From NCBI GenBank assembly GCA_964450805.1, contig CAYVDD010000001.1, positions 457,288 to 521,287 on the forward strand: 64,000 nt of DNA, read 5' to 3'. Under the pieces are notes generated by a model. It saw only the letters and a program-made list of their open reading frames with translations. It had not been told where the DNA came from and did no database searches. The DNA comes from an uncultured Candidatus Saccharibacteria bacterium (GTDB lineage: Bacteria; Patescibacteriota; Minisyncoccia; Minisyncoccales; JANBVM01). Shown here piece after piece: positions 7,038-15,632 of this stretch (positions are counted from its first letter, which is position 1; each line of letters starts with the position of its first letter). Both the position numbers and the translations under genes were made by a program.

Positions 7038-10000
7038 TTAAATTATTTTTTTGACCTTTTTAATAAATAATTGCAGTTTTTGGCCATTAATACCAACTTG
7101 CTTTCCTTTTTTCAATCCTTTAACTAAATCTATATCCTTTGCCTTTGTTTCTTTGTTAATCATTTTCTCTTTTTTTAGCAACAGCTCGCTCATATCACGC
7201 TCTGCACTAAACTGAATTATAACAACATCTTTTGGAGTTAGTTTCTTGCTCTTTCTCATTTCCTGAATATTTCTAATCACCTCTCTTATTATTCCTTGCT
7301 CTTTTAATGATTTAGTAATTTCTGTATTTAGCTTTATCTGTTTTCCAAAACCAATGTCTAAAACATTAACTTCTTGTTTAATTAACTCTAACAAATCTTT
7401 TTCATCTTTTAACGTCTTGTCCTTAATTATTAACTCCTGCAAAGCTTGTCTTACTTTTATTTGAGCTTTCGCCCTTTCTGCCAAAGCCTGGGTAACAATC
7501 TCTCTTGCTTTTTCCATTTTTTTATTAAGTTGATTATCAATTGATTTTTCAGTTTTTTCAGGCCAGTCTTCTAAATGAACTGATTCTTTGGTTTTTAATC
7601 CTGATTTTTTAAAATCCTGATATATATATTCAGTAAAAAATGGAACAAATGGAGCTGATAATTTTATTATTTGAAAAATCACAAAGCTTAAAGTTCCAGC
7701 AGCATCTTTTAATTCTTTTTCATTTTCAGGCTGCTGAAACCTTTTTCTAGATCTTCTAATATACCACAAAGAAAGCTCATTCATAACAAACTTTTCAATA
7801 CTTCTGGCTGCACCAGTTATATCATAATTTTCCAATAATTTAGTGGTTTTTACAATCAGGTCATTAAGTTTAGAAACAATCCATTTATCTAAAATATGCT
7901 TAGAAGATGGATTTTCAAAACTTAAGAATCTGCTGTCAGCATAAGTTTTTAAAAACACATAAGAATTCCACAAAGGAAGAATAAACTTTCTTAAAGAATT
8001 TTCCGGCTCTTTTTCAGAAAATAACTTTGGGTCACCAGGTTGATTAACAGTGTAAAAGGACCACCTAACAGCATCAGCTGAATATTTTTCAACAATATAC
8101 CATGGGTCAATAATATTGCCTTTTGATTTGGACATTTTCTCTCCTTTTTCATCTAAAATATGACCTAAAGAAATAACATTTTTATAAGCTGCTCCTTTTT
8201 CAAGCAGAGTTGAAACAGCTAGAAGAGTATAGAACCAGCCTCTTGTTTGATCTATTGCCTCACAGATATAATCTGCTGGAAACTGTTTATTATTATCAAT
8301 TAGTTTTTTATTCTCAAAAGGATAATGATATTGAGCAAAAGGCATTGCTCCTGAATCAAACCAGCAGTCAATTACTTCTTCAACTCTTTCCATTAAAGCA
8401 TTGCACTTTGAACATTGAAATTTAACCTCATCAACATAGGGACGATGAAGGTCAAGCTCTATTTTTTTATTGAAAGGCAAATCAGTAAATTTAACTTCAC
8501 AGAACTGACCAGTTTTAACTTCTTCATTCTCTGTTCTCCATTCAATAATTTCTTTAAGCGACCAAGCTTCTAAAGTCTTTTGCAGGATTGTTAAAGGAAG
8601 CCCGTGAGAAACTATTAAAATGTTTTTATTTTTATGTTTTTTATTAATTTCTTTAATAAAACTATACATTCTTTTTCTTATTGCTATTAGGCTTTCTCCT
8701 TTTTCAGGCTTTGCTTCAAATAAGTTCTTTTGCTTATTTGCATATTCCCAGAACAGCCTTGTTTCCTTACCATTAAAAATGCCTGTATTAAACTCTCTTA
8801 ATCTTTTATCAAAAACAAGCTGGGTTTTTAATGCTTTGGTAATAATTTCTGCAGTTTGTTTTGTTCTTAATAGGTCAGAAGAAAAAATTAAATCAATTTT
8901 TTTGTCCGCTAATTTTTTGACTGATTTTTTTACTTCCTCTTTTCCTTTTTCTGTTAAAGGACAATTTATTTTCTCTGGCCAGCATATTGATATTTCTTTA
9001 TCCATTTTCTGCTTTAAAGATTCTCCATGGCGCATAATAAAATAATTATTACTGCCAAACTTCTTGCTTAGAATATCGTTTAAACTACCAATAACTTCAG
9101 TGTTTTTACATTCCTTGCACTGCCAGACAGGAAGCGGTGTTCCCCAATATCTCTCTCTTGCAACAGCCCAATCTCTCACTTCTTTGAGCCAGTTTCCAAA
9201 TCTTCCTTTTTTAAGATATAAAGGAAACCAATTGATTTTTGAATTGTTTTTAATCAATTCTTTTTTAACTTTTGTCATTTCAATGAACCAGCTTTTTTTA
9301 GCATAGTAAAGCAGAGGAGTGTTGCATCTCCAGCAAAAAGGATAATCATGTTCATACAATTCTTGTTTAAATAGCAATCCTCTTTCTTTTAAATCTTCAA
9401 TTATTAAAGGGTCAGCTTCTTTAAAATACATTCTTGCCCATTTTTCTACGTTTAATCTGAATCTTCCCTGTTCATCAATATTCAGTATAATTGGAAATTT
9501 ATTCTTTTTCCCTGCTTCCATATCTTCTACTCCATAAGCTGGTGCAATATGAACAATGCCTGTTCCCTCATCTAAAGAAACGAAATCAGCGCCTATGACT
9601 TTGTAAGCACTTCTTGAAACCTCATCTTCAGGATAAAGCGCTTCATATCTTAAATTTAAAAACTCTCTGCCTTTAAACTCCTGAATAATTTCACCTTCAA
9701 TTTCACAAGCTTTAATTCTTTGTTTTGCTAAAATCAAATATTCGCCATTTATTTTTACTTTAACGTAAGTATTCTTAGGATTTACGGCTATAGCTACATT
9801 TCCAGGCAAAGTCCAGGGCGTTGTAGTCCAGACCAAAAAAGAAGTATTTTCAAAACCAGGACTTATAATTTTAAGTTTAATATAAATAGCTGGTTCTTTT
9901 ACTTTCTTATATCCTTGAGCCACCTCATGAGAAGAAAGAGGAGTTCCGCATCTTGGGCAATAAGGGACAACTTTAAAATCCTGAATTAAAAGCTTTTTGT

Positions 10001-10484
10001 TCCAGATTTGTTTTAAAATCCACCATAAAGATTCAACGTATTCAGTATTGTAAGTGATATAAGGATTATCTAAATCCACCCAATAAGCAATCCTTTTTGT
10101 TAAATCTCTCCAGCTTTGTGTGAATTTCCAGACAGATGTTTTGCATTTTTCGTTAAATTTGGAAATACTATATCTTTCAATGTCTTTTTTTGATTTCAAA
10201 TCCAGTTTTTTCTCAATCTGAAGTTCTACTGGTAAACCATGAGTGTCCCAACCAGCTTTTCTTAAAACCCTAAAACCTTTCATTGTTTTGTACCGACAAA
10301 TTATATCTTTAAAAACTCTGGCTAGAACATGATGAAGGCCAGGAGGCGCATTAGCAGTAGGAGGTCCCTCATAAAAAACGAAATCCCGAGCCTTTACTCG
10401 TTGTTTTATGCTTTTTTCAAATATTTTATTATCTTTCCAAAGCTTTAAAACTTTCTTCTCTGTTTTAGGAAGATTAAAATTCAT
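7038..10484 (-). CDS. ileS: isoleucyl-tRNA synthetase carrying an internal histidine-phosphatase domain
   Basis: 1148 aa with PPGLHHVLAR (HIGH-type), KMSKS, editing-domain WTTTPWTLP, and DLHRPYVD. An internal RHGES...SHG phosphatase-like block spans aa 481-665. Confidence 0.95.
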   Translation of the reverse strand: MNFNLPKTEKKVLKLWKDNKIFEKSIKQRVKARDFVFYEGPPTANAPPGLHHVLARVFKDIICRYKTMKGFRVLRKAGWDTHGLPVELQIEKKLDLKSKKDIERYSISKFNEKCKTSVWKFTQSWRDLTKRIAYWVDLDNPYITYNTEYVESLWWILKQIWNKKLLIQDFKVVPYCPRCGTPLSSHEVAQGYKKVKEPAIYIKLKIISPGFENTSFLVWTTTPWTLPGNVAIAVNPKNTYVKVKINGEYLILAKQRIKACEIEGEIIQEFKGREFLNLRYEALYPEDEVSRSAYKVIGADFVSLDEGTGIVHIAPAYGVEDMEAGKKNKFPIILNIDEQGRFRLNVEKWARMYFKEADPLIIEDLKERGLLFKQELYEHDYPFCWRCNTPLLYYAKKSWFIEMTKVKKELIKNNSKINWFPLYLKKGRFGNWLKEVRDWAVARERYWGTPLPVWQCKECKNTEVIGSLNDILSKKFGSNNYFIMRHGESLKQKMDKEISICWPEKINCPLTEKGKEEVKKSVKKLADKKIDLIFSSDLLRTKQTAEIITKALKTQLVFDKRLREFNTGIFNGKETRLFWEYANKQKNLFEAKPEKGESLIAIRKRMYSFIKEINKKHKNKNILIVSHGLPLTILQKTLEAWSLKEIIEWRTENEEVKTGQFCEVKFTDLPFNKKIELDLHRPYVDEVKFQCSKCNALMERVEEVIDCWFDSGAMPFAQYHYPFENKKLIDNNKQFPADYICEAIDQTRGWFYTLLAVSTLLEKGAAYKNVISLGHILDEKGEKMSKSKGNIIDPWYIVEKYSADAVRWSFYTVNQPGDPKLFSEKEPENSLRKFILPLWNSYVFLKTYADSRFLSFENPSSKHILDKWIVSKLNDLIVKTTKLLENYDITGAARSIEKFVMNELSLWYIRRSRKRFQQPENEKELKDAAGTLSFVIFQIIKLSAPFVPFFTEYIYQDFKKSGLKTKESVHLEDWPEKTEKSIDNQLNKKMEKAREIVTQALAERAKAQIKVRQALQELIIKDKTLKDEKDLLELIKQEVNVLDIGFGKQIKLNTEITKSLKEQGIIREVIRNIQEMRKSKKLTPKDVVIIQFSAERDMSELLLKKEKMINKETKAKDIDLVKGLKKGKQVGINGQKLQLFIKKVKKII

Positions 10485-10522
10485 ACATATCTTAAAATAT
10501 CATTTTAAGAGTAAAAATGCAA

Positions 10523-10530
10523 TTAAAATT
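10523..10530. repeat. 8-bp direct repeat TTAAAATT (left target-site duplication)
   Basis: Identical octamer directly abuts the outer end of each inverted repeat (10523-10530 and 12433-12440). Confidence 0.6.
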
Positions 10531-10556
10531 GGGAATTATATACAACTAAACACTAA
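10531..10556. repeat. left terminal inverted repeat (26 bp, perfect)
   Basis: GGGAATTATATACAACTAAACACTAA is the exact reverse complement of 12407-12432. Confidence 0.9.
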
Positions 10557-10619
10557 GATAACAAAAAACAACCTCCTTTAGAAGGGGGTGTTTTTATAGT
10601 AGTTTATATATTAAATTTG

Positions 10620-10874
10620 TTATAAACCTACCCACTCTTTATTTGTCTTAGCAGACTTTCGGATTATATTTTTAATCACCTCCTTGCCACGAGGTTTTGG
10701 ATGATGGTGAACTTCTACCGCTTTTCTCTTTCCATCTTTTATGTGGGAGAAAATATAACGATTTCCTTTTGTTGCTTCTAACTTAAATCCGTTCTTTTTT
10801 AGTTTTCTTATAATTTCTTCTGCTTTTTCTGGAGAAAGTTTAGGTTTCTCGCCTGTTTTCTTTTTAGGCATCAA
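10620..10874 (-). CDS. HicA-like toxin (YcfA family mRNA interferase-like)
   Basis: 84 aa with SPEKAEEIIRKLKKNGFKL...VEVHHHPKPRGKEVIKNIIRKS, matching the HicA layout. It overlaps the upstream HicB-like gene by 11 nt. Confidence 0.55.
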   Translation of the reverse strand: MMPKKKTGEKPKLSPEKAEEIIRKLKKNGFKLEATKGNRYIFSHIKDGKRKAVEVHHHPKPRGKEVIKNIIRKSAKTNKEWVGL

Positions 10875-11226
10875 CTTTTTGTTTTATATCTTTTAAAGGA
10901 TAAAACACTTGCTGAATAGCAAAATTCCAATAACATTCTCTTTTATCCTCTTTTTTACTTGACTCTTTTATTTCTTTCTTCAAATAATTTCTATATTTTT
11001 CCCAGTATTCTTCAGGAGCTAATTCATTAAGTAATTCATCTGACCAATTTTTCTTAATTATAGTTTCTAAATAAAAATCAGAGGCTTCCCAAATAGTTTT
11101 TAAAGTTTCTTGAACAGTTTCGCCTTCTTCTATAAGGTCAAACTCTAAACAAACACCAATAAAATAATTAGGTTTTTCTGGATAGACAAATAAAGTAAAT
11201 TTTCCTTGTTCTTTTGTATTTTTCAT
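10864..11226 (-). CDS. HicB-like antitoxin
   Basis: 120 aa with FTLFVYPEKPNYFIGVCLEFDLIEEGETVQETLKTIWEA, matching the HicB N-terminal fold pattern. Confidence 0.5.
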   Translation of the reverse strand: MKNTKEQGKFTLFVYPEKPNYFIGVCLEFDLIEEGETVQETLKTIWEASDFYLETIIKKNWSDELLNELAPEEYWEKYRNYLKKEIKESSKKEDKRECYWNFAIQQVFYPLKDIKQKVDA

Positions 11227-11589
11227 ATTCTTAAATTAAAAATACAACAAGTTCAAATAATTATTGTTGCATTAAATTTTTTAAAAAAGAAACCCCCATC
11301 TTGCTTTATGATACCACTCTTGACAAGTTAAGTTTTCCACAGGTTCGTTAAAAAGTCAAGCCTCTCTATACTATGACGAAAAAAGAGGTGACTTATTACC
11401 GAATAAGAGGAGAATTACTACAAAAAAACAACCTTTAGCAGAGGTCGTTTTATTTCTTCTTCCCCCTCTTTTTTTAGACGACTGCGAGTTCTTTGATAGC
11501 TGGAAATCTGACTTTTTGTATTTTGCCACCGCTTTTACTACCTTTTTGAATGGCAGGTTTAACGGCTCTATAATTTGTTTTTTTCGCAT

Positions 11590-12220
11590 TTTTTCTTATT
11601 AGTTTTCTGTATTTTAACCCATTCTGACGATTTTGACAAAGTCTTTTCCTGTAGTGTTGTCAAGTACTTGGAAACACTTGACACCGAATCTTCCTCTGAC
11701 ATACAATTTAAATAGATAGACAAAATTCCAGCAAACGTGGAGGCACTTAGATGCCTCTACCTACAACGTTGTGATTGAAGACTTTGGCCAAAGTCACTTG
11801 TGATTTTAGTTGGGTCATAAATCCCAACCTCACCCGTTTTTGAGAACGGCAAGACCAGTAGAAGTAATCCAAATGCCCCCAAATTTAATGGGATTTTTTT
11901 GTTTACATTGTTAATGTGCTTTGAAGCTGTGGTAATTAAAAAAGCTCCAAAGGGCGGAACTTGTGGGCTATGATTTTTGAAATCAATACCCCGCATTTTT
12001 GGTTTGCAGAGCTTTTCGCCCCGCAAGTACCACCCCTTAGAGCCTTTATCTTAATCAAAACTTGTTATTAAGTTTTAAATTGTGATATGCGTTTAGTTCG
12101 CGCCCACTTCTGTTTTACCCCAGAAGCTAGGGGTTTAATATTTAATTATTAGATTTTCGCATTTCCAAAAATCCTTGTCAAGGGTTTGCCAACTTTCTTT
12201 TGATTTTTTAAGATGAAAAT
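11590..12220 (-). other. G+C-elevated non-coding core of the cassette (candidate structured RNA or decayed gene)
   Basis: It holds no credible ORF and is visibly more G+C-rich than other intergenic DNA. It contains many hairpins, for example GAGGCA-N6-TGCCTC at about 11741-11758, the GACTTTGGCCAAAGTC palindrome, GTTGGGTCATAAATCCCAAC, and CCCC-N8-GGGG at about 12117-12132. A minus-strand TTGACA-N17-GAAAAT promoter lies at about 12150-12180. Confidence 0.35.
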
Positions 12221-12406
12221 ATGAAAGAAACATTTGGATTTTTTTTATTTGGAGCAGGATTGGTTATTTTAATATATTGCGTATATAAAGATTTGAGTCC
12301 TTGGTACTGGTTCTTAGCGACGATTGGAATTGGAGGAGGTTTAGACTTGTTGATTAGTGGTAAAATAGAAAAAGCAAAAGAAGAAATAATAAGAGAAATA
12401 GAATAA
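12221..12406 (+). CDS. small two-TM membrane protein
   Basis: 61 aa with two hydrophobic helices (FGFFLFGAGLVILIYCVY and WYWFLATIGIGGGLDLLI). It ends immediately before the right TIR (12407). Confidence 0.45.
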   Translation: MKETFGFFLFGAGLVILIYCVYKDLSPWYWFLATIGIGGGLDLLISGKIEKAKEEIIREIE

Positions 12407-12432
12407 TTAGTGTTTAGTTGTATATAATTCCC
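12407..12432. repeat. right terminal inverted repeat (26 bp, perfect)
   Basis: TTAGTGTTTAGTTGTATATAATTCCC is the reverse complement of 10531-10556. Confidence 0.9.
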
Positions 12433-12440
12433 TTAAAATT
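12433..12440. repeat. 8-bp direct repeat TTAAAATT (right target-site duplication)
   Basis: Same octamer as 10523-10530, directly outside the TIR. Confidence 0.6.
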
Positions 12441-12536
12441 AATATTGATTTTTTAAAAAAATAAGTGTATTATAAAAATAGGGAATTTGTAATACTATTT
12501 GCAATTCACTGACTAAGAATTGCTTTTTGTTTAAGA

Positions 12537-12761
12537 ATGAGTAAAAAAGAACAATTTTTATCAGAACATAATAGATTATCTCCTCCAAATCTAAAAGCTA
12601 CAAAATCTTTACTTTCTCGTTTTAGAGCAGAAAGGGCTTCTCTTTTTAAAGATAAAAGCTGGTCTATAGAAAAACTTCGAAGACCATTTATTCTATGGCT
12701 TACTTCTTTAACATTAAAAGAAAAGCAGGATATTAATAAAAACGAAAAAAAAATAAGTTAA
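12537..12761 (+). CDS. hypothetical basic protein
   Basis: 74-aa ORF followed by a hairpin/U-run at about 12783-12808. No motif recognised. Confidence 0.35.
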   Translation: MSKKEQFLSEHNRLSPPNLKATKSLLSRFRAERASLFKDKSWSIEKLRRPFILWLTSLTLKEKQDINKNEKKIS

Positions 12762-12829
12762 TCGGATCTATGAGTTAAAATTAAAAAACCTCCTTTTAGG
12801 CGGTTTTTTAATTCTCCTGATTATAAGGT

Positions 12830-14416
12830 TTACATTTTTTCAGGTGCTGAGATTCCCATCAAATCAAAGGTGTTTTTGAATACAGTTTTTGTGGCCAGAA
12901 TTAAAGCTATTCTAGCCTGTTTTAGTTTTTTATCATCAGTTAAAACCTTGCAATCCTGATAAAACTTATGAAATATAGTTGCCAAATCAATAGTATACTG
13001 AGGTAGCTTTTGAACCTGATAATCTCTACTAATATCTTCGATGATTTCTGAAAATTTCAAAAGTTGTTTTATTAAAGAAACTTCAGAAGCATGACTTAGT
13101 AAAGAATACTCAAAGCCTGTTGTCTTTACTTTTGATTTTTTTAAAATACTGCAAATTCTGGCATGAGCATACTGAATATAATAAACAGGATTTTTCTCTG
13201 ACTGTTCTTTTGCTAAATCTAAATTAAAATTTAAATGAGTATCTGCTGATCTTTGAAGAAAAAAGAATCTGACAGCGTCTCTGCCCACCATATCAATTAA
13301 ATCATCCATTGTTACATAAAGACCTGCTCTTTTTGACATTCTTATTTTTTTTCCTTTTTCAAAAAGAGTAATGAACTGCAGAATCACTATTTCAAGTCTG
13401 TTTTTATAACCAAGAGCTTCAATAATTGCTTTAAGCCCAGCTATGTCTCCATAATGATCAGCTCCCCAAACATTAATCACCTTATCAAATTTCTTGTTTT
13501 TAAATTTATATTCATGAAGAGCTGCATCTCCTGCTAAATAGGTTTTCCATTTATCTGATTTAACTATTACCCTGTCTCTGTCATCTCCATACTGTTTTGA
13601 CTTAAACCACAAAGCACCATCTTTTTCATACAAAAAACCAGTCTTGTTTAATTTATCTATTACTTTATCAACTAGCCCAGATTGATGAAAACTAGATTCT
13701 GAAATCCATTCATCATATTTAATGGACATCTTATCAGTGGTTTTTTTAATCATTTCTTTAATAATAATCTCAGCTGCCTTTTCCCCTGCCTTATACACGT
13801 CTTTTTCTTTTATTTTTTTATTTAAATAATCAATATAACTACCTTTGTATTTTGCTTGTTCGTCTTTTAAAACAGAGTGTCCCAAAGTCATAATCTGCAT
13901 ACCATAATCATTGATATAATATGCTTTCTCTGTTTTATAACCTGCTTTCTGAAAAACATTTGCTAAAACATCACCAAATGGCCCTCCTCTTGCATTACCA
14001 ATAGTCAAAGGCCCTGTTGGATTAGCAGAAATGAACTCAACTTGAACTTTTTTGTTTTTACCTATTTTAAGCTGGCCAAATTTGTTTTTTTCTTTTAAAA
14101 TCTTTGCAACCTGTTTTTGTAAATAAGTTTTTGAAATAAAAAAATTAATAAATCCTGGTTTCACTATTTTAATTCTTTCAAACAAATCTGGTATTTTATT
14201 TTTTAAGTTTTCAGTCAATAATTCCGCTGTTTCTACCGGGTCTTCCTTTATTTTTTTTGCAATTATCATTGCAATATTACTAGAATAATCACCATGAATT
14301 TCTTGTTCAGGATGTTCAACTTTAATTTCTTCAACATCAAAAACAGGAATTTTTTTCTGTTTTTGAAGTTTAGTTATTGATTCTTTTATTAATTTTTTAA
14401 TTTCTTCTCTAATCAT
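12830..14416 (-). CDS. argS: arginyl-tRNA synthetase
   Basis: 528 aa with FISANPTGPLTIGNARGG (HIGH region), MSKR, and a C-terminal DALR-type anticodon-binding domain. Confidence 0.95.
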   Translation of the reverse strand: MIREEIKKLIKESITKLQKQKKIPVFDVEEIKVEHPEQEIHGDYSSNIAMIIAKKIKEDPVETAELLTENLKNKIPDLFERIKIVKPGFINFFISKTYLQKQVAKILKEKNKFGQLKIGKNKKVQVEFISANPTGPLTIGNARGGPFGDVLANVFQKAGYKTEKAYYINDYGMQIMTLGHSVLKDEQAKYKGSYIDYLNKKIKEKDVYKAGEKAAEIIIKEMIKKTTDKMSIKYDEWISESSFHQSGLVDKVIDKLNKTGFLYEKDGALWFKSKQYGDDRDRVIVKSDKWKTYLAGDAALHEYKFKNKKFDKVINVWGADHYGDIAGLKAIIEALGYKNRLEIVILQFITLFEKGKKIRMSKRAGLYVTMDDLIDMVGRDAVRFFFLQRSADTHLNFNLDLAKEQSEKNPVYYIQYAHARICSILKKSKVKTTGFEYSLLSHASEVSLIKQLLKFSEIIEDISRDYQVQKLPQYTIDLATIFHKFYQDCKVLTDDKKLKQARIALILATKTVFKNTFDLMGISAPEKM

Positions 14417-15593
14417 TTATTTTTTTTATTCTATTGTGCAGTCTCATATGACCTTCTTGAATTCCTTCTGAAACCAAAGCTCTTAAAGCTGCTAGATTCT
14501 GAGCCAGACCAACACTAGCCATTACACAAGCCATTTCTTGGGCTGATTTTACATTTAATATCTTTAAAGAAGCTCTGGCTGTTGGACAAACTGATATTGT
14601 TCCTCCGGTTGTTCCAACTGCTATTGGAACTGTCATCTCCCCAATTAAATCTCCACTGCTAGCCTTTGTCCATTTAGTTAATGGCAAGTATTTCCCTGAT
14701 TTTGCTGCATATCCATGAGCACCTGCTTCAAGCGCTCTCCAATCATTTGAAACAGCTAAAGCAACTGCTCCCATTCCATTTAAAATGCCTTTGTTATTGG
14801 TAACAGCTCTGTAAATATCAGTTTCAGCTATAGCTTGAGCTTTAATAATATCTTCAACTACTTGTTTTCCTTTAAAGCCTTTTGTTGTTAAAGATTCTTT
14901 TAAAACTTTCCCTTTAACTTTCACTAATCTTCTGTCAGCTAAATTGGAAATAATCTTAAGAATTGCTTTTTTATTTACAATCTTTTCAATTAAAGGAGAA
15001 ATATCTTCAAGCATTGTATTTACTGTATTAGCTCCCATAGCATCTTTAGTATCTACCAATAAATGAATTCTTAAAATTTCCCCTATGTTTTTATTTTTTA
15101 AAACAGTTATCTCTAAATCTTTTGCACCAGCTCCCATTTTTATTAAATCAGGTTGTTTGGAATTAGCCAGTTTAATAATCTCTTTTTTCTTTTCTAAAAT
15201 CTTTTCTTTAGTTTTTTGAACATTTTCTATTTCCGTCAAATAAATTTGTCCTATCATTTGATTGCCTAGATTTTCAGCCTCAATTCCTCCATTTTCTCTT
15301 AAAAGTTTTGCTCCATAGCAGGCTGCAGCAACCACAGAAGGCTCTTCAGTTACCATTGGCACAAGATAATCTTTTTTATTTATTAAAAAGTTTACAGCAA
15401 TACTATAAGGAAAAGGAAAAGTGCCAATCACATTCTCAGCCATTCTGTCTCTTGCTTCTGGTTTTAATGTGCCTTTTTTAATAATTTCAATTTCTTTATC
15501 AGTTAAATCAGCGAATTCCTTTACTTTTTTTAATTTTTGTTTTTTGCTTAACTTAAAAAAACCAGGGATTCTGCTGTTTTTTTTCTCATTCAT
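14409..15593 (-). CDS. mvaA: HMG-CoA reductase, class II
   Basis: Contains ENVIGTFPFPYSIAVNFLINKKDYLVPMVTEEPSVVAA, DAMGANTVNT, and GTTGG...VGLAQNLAALRAL. The start is trimmed to MNEKK (ATG at 15593) because the longer ORF overlaps smpB on the other strand. Confidence 0.85.
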   Translation of the reverse strand: MNEKKNSRIPGFFKLSKKQKLKKVKEFADLTDKEIEIIKKGTLKPEARDRMAENVIGTFPFPYSIAVNFLINKKDYLVPMVTEEPSVVAAACYGAKLLRENGGIEAENLGNQMIGQIYLTEIENVQKTKEKILEKKKEIIKLANSKQPDLIKMGAGAKDLEITVLKNKNIGEILRIHLLVDTKDAMGANTVNTMLEDISPLIEKIVNKKAILKIISNLADRRLVKVKGKVLKESLTTKGFKGKQVVEDIIKAQAIAETDIYRAVTNNKGILNGMGAVALAVSNDWRALEAGAHGYAAKSGKYLPLTKWTKASSGDLIGEMTVPIAVGTTGGTISVCPTARASLKILNVKSAQEMACVMASVGLAQNLAALRALVSEGIQEGHMRLHNRIKKIND

Positions 15594-15632
15594 TAATTTA
15601 AGCTTATCCGATTTTTCTGTTAAAATCAAAGT

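Larger units (their letters stand above)
10531..12432. mobile_element. 1.9 kb non-autonomous TIR-bounded cassette (no transposase)
   Basis: It has perfect 26-bp TIRs plus a flanking 8-bp direct repeat. The interior holds hicB/hicA-like genes, a 61-aa membrane protein ORF and about 600 nt of non-coding sequence. Confidence 0.65.

Noticed and set aside
8620-9045. Antisense or nested ORFs from the six-frame track (for example 86-271, 725-1000, 3295-3666, 8210-8425, 8620-9045, 9064-9306, 19242-19547, 23962-24330, 24599-24886, 29710-30009, 43086-43328, 47066-47347, 60953-61231)
   Set aside because: All lie fully inside longer, motif-supported genes on the opposite strand or another frame. They have Leu/Phe/Ser/Ile-rich shadow-frame composition typical of AT-rich genomes.
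11371-11589. 72-aa ORF inside the cassette
   Set aside because: A hairpin plus U7 terminator on the same strand (about 11413-11445) lies inside the frame before its stop codon. The C-terminal third is low-complexity read-through. At best a shorter peptide is made.
11757-12026. 89-aa ORF in the G+C-elevated region
   Set aside because: Its composition (Cys/Pro/Gly-rich, no start context) is unlike all other proteins in the window, and it coincides with dense hairpins. It is treated as non-coding.
12407-12432. The 26-bp repeats being merely two copies of a shared promoter rather than transposon ends
   Set aside because: This is not fully excluded, since the repeat contains TATAAT. However, perfect 26-bp identity in inverted orientation plus an identical 8-bp direct repeat exactly at both outer boundaries fits transposition much better than promoter conservation.
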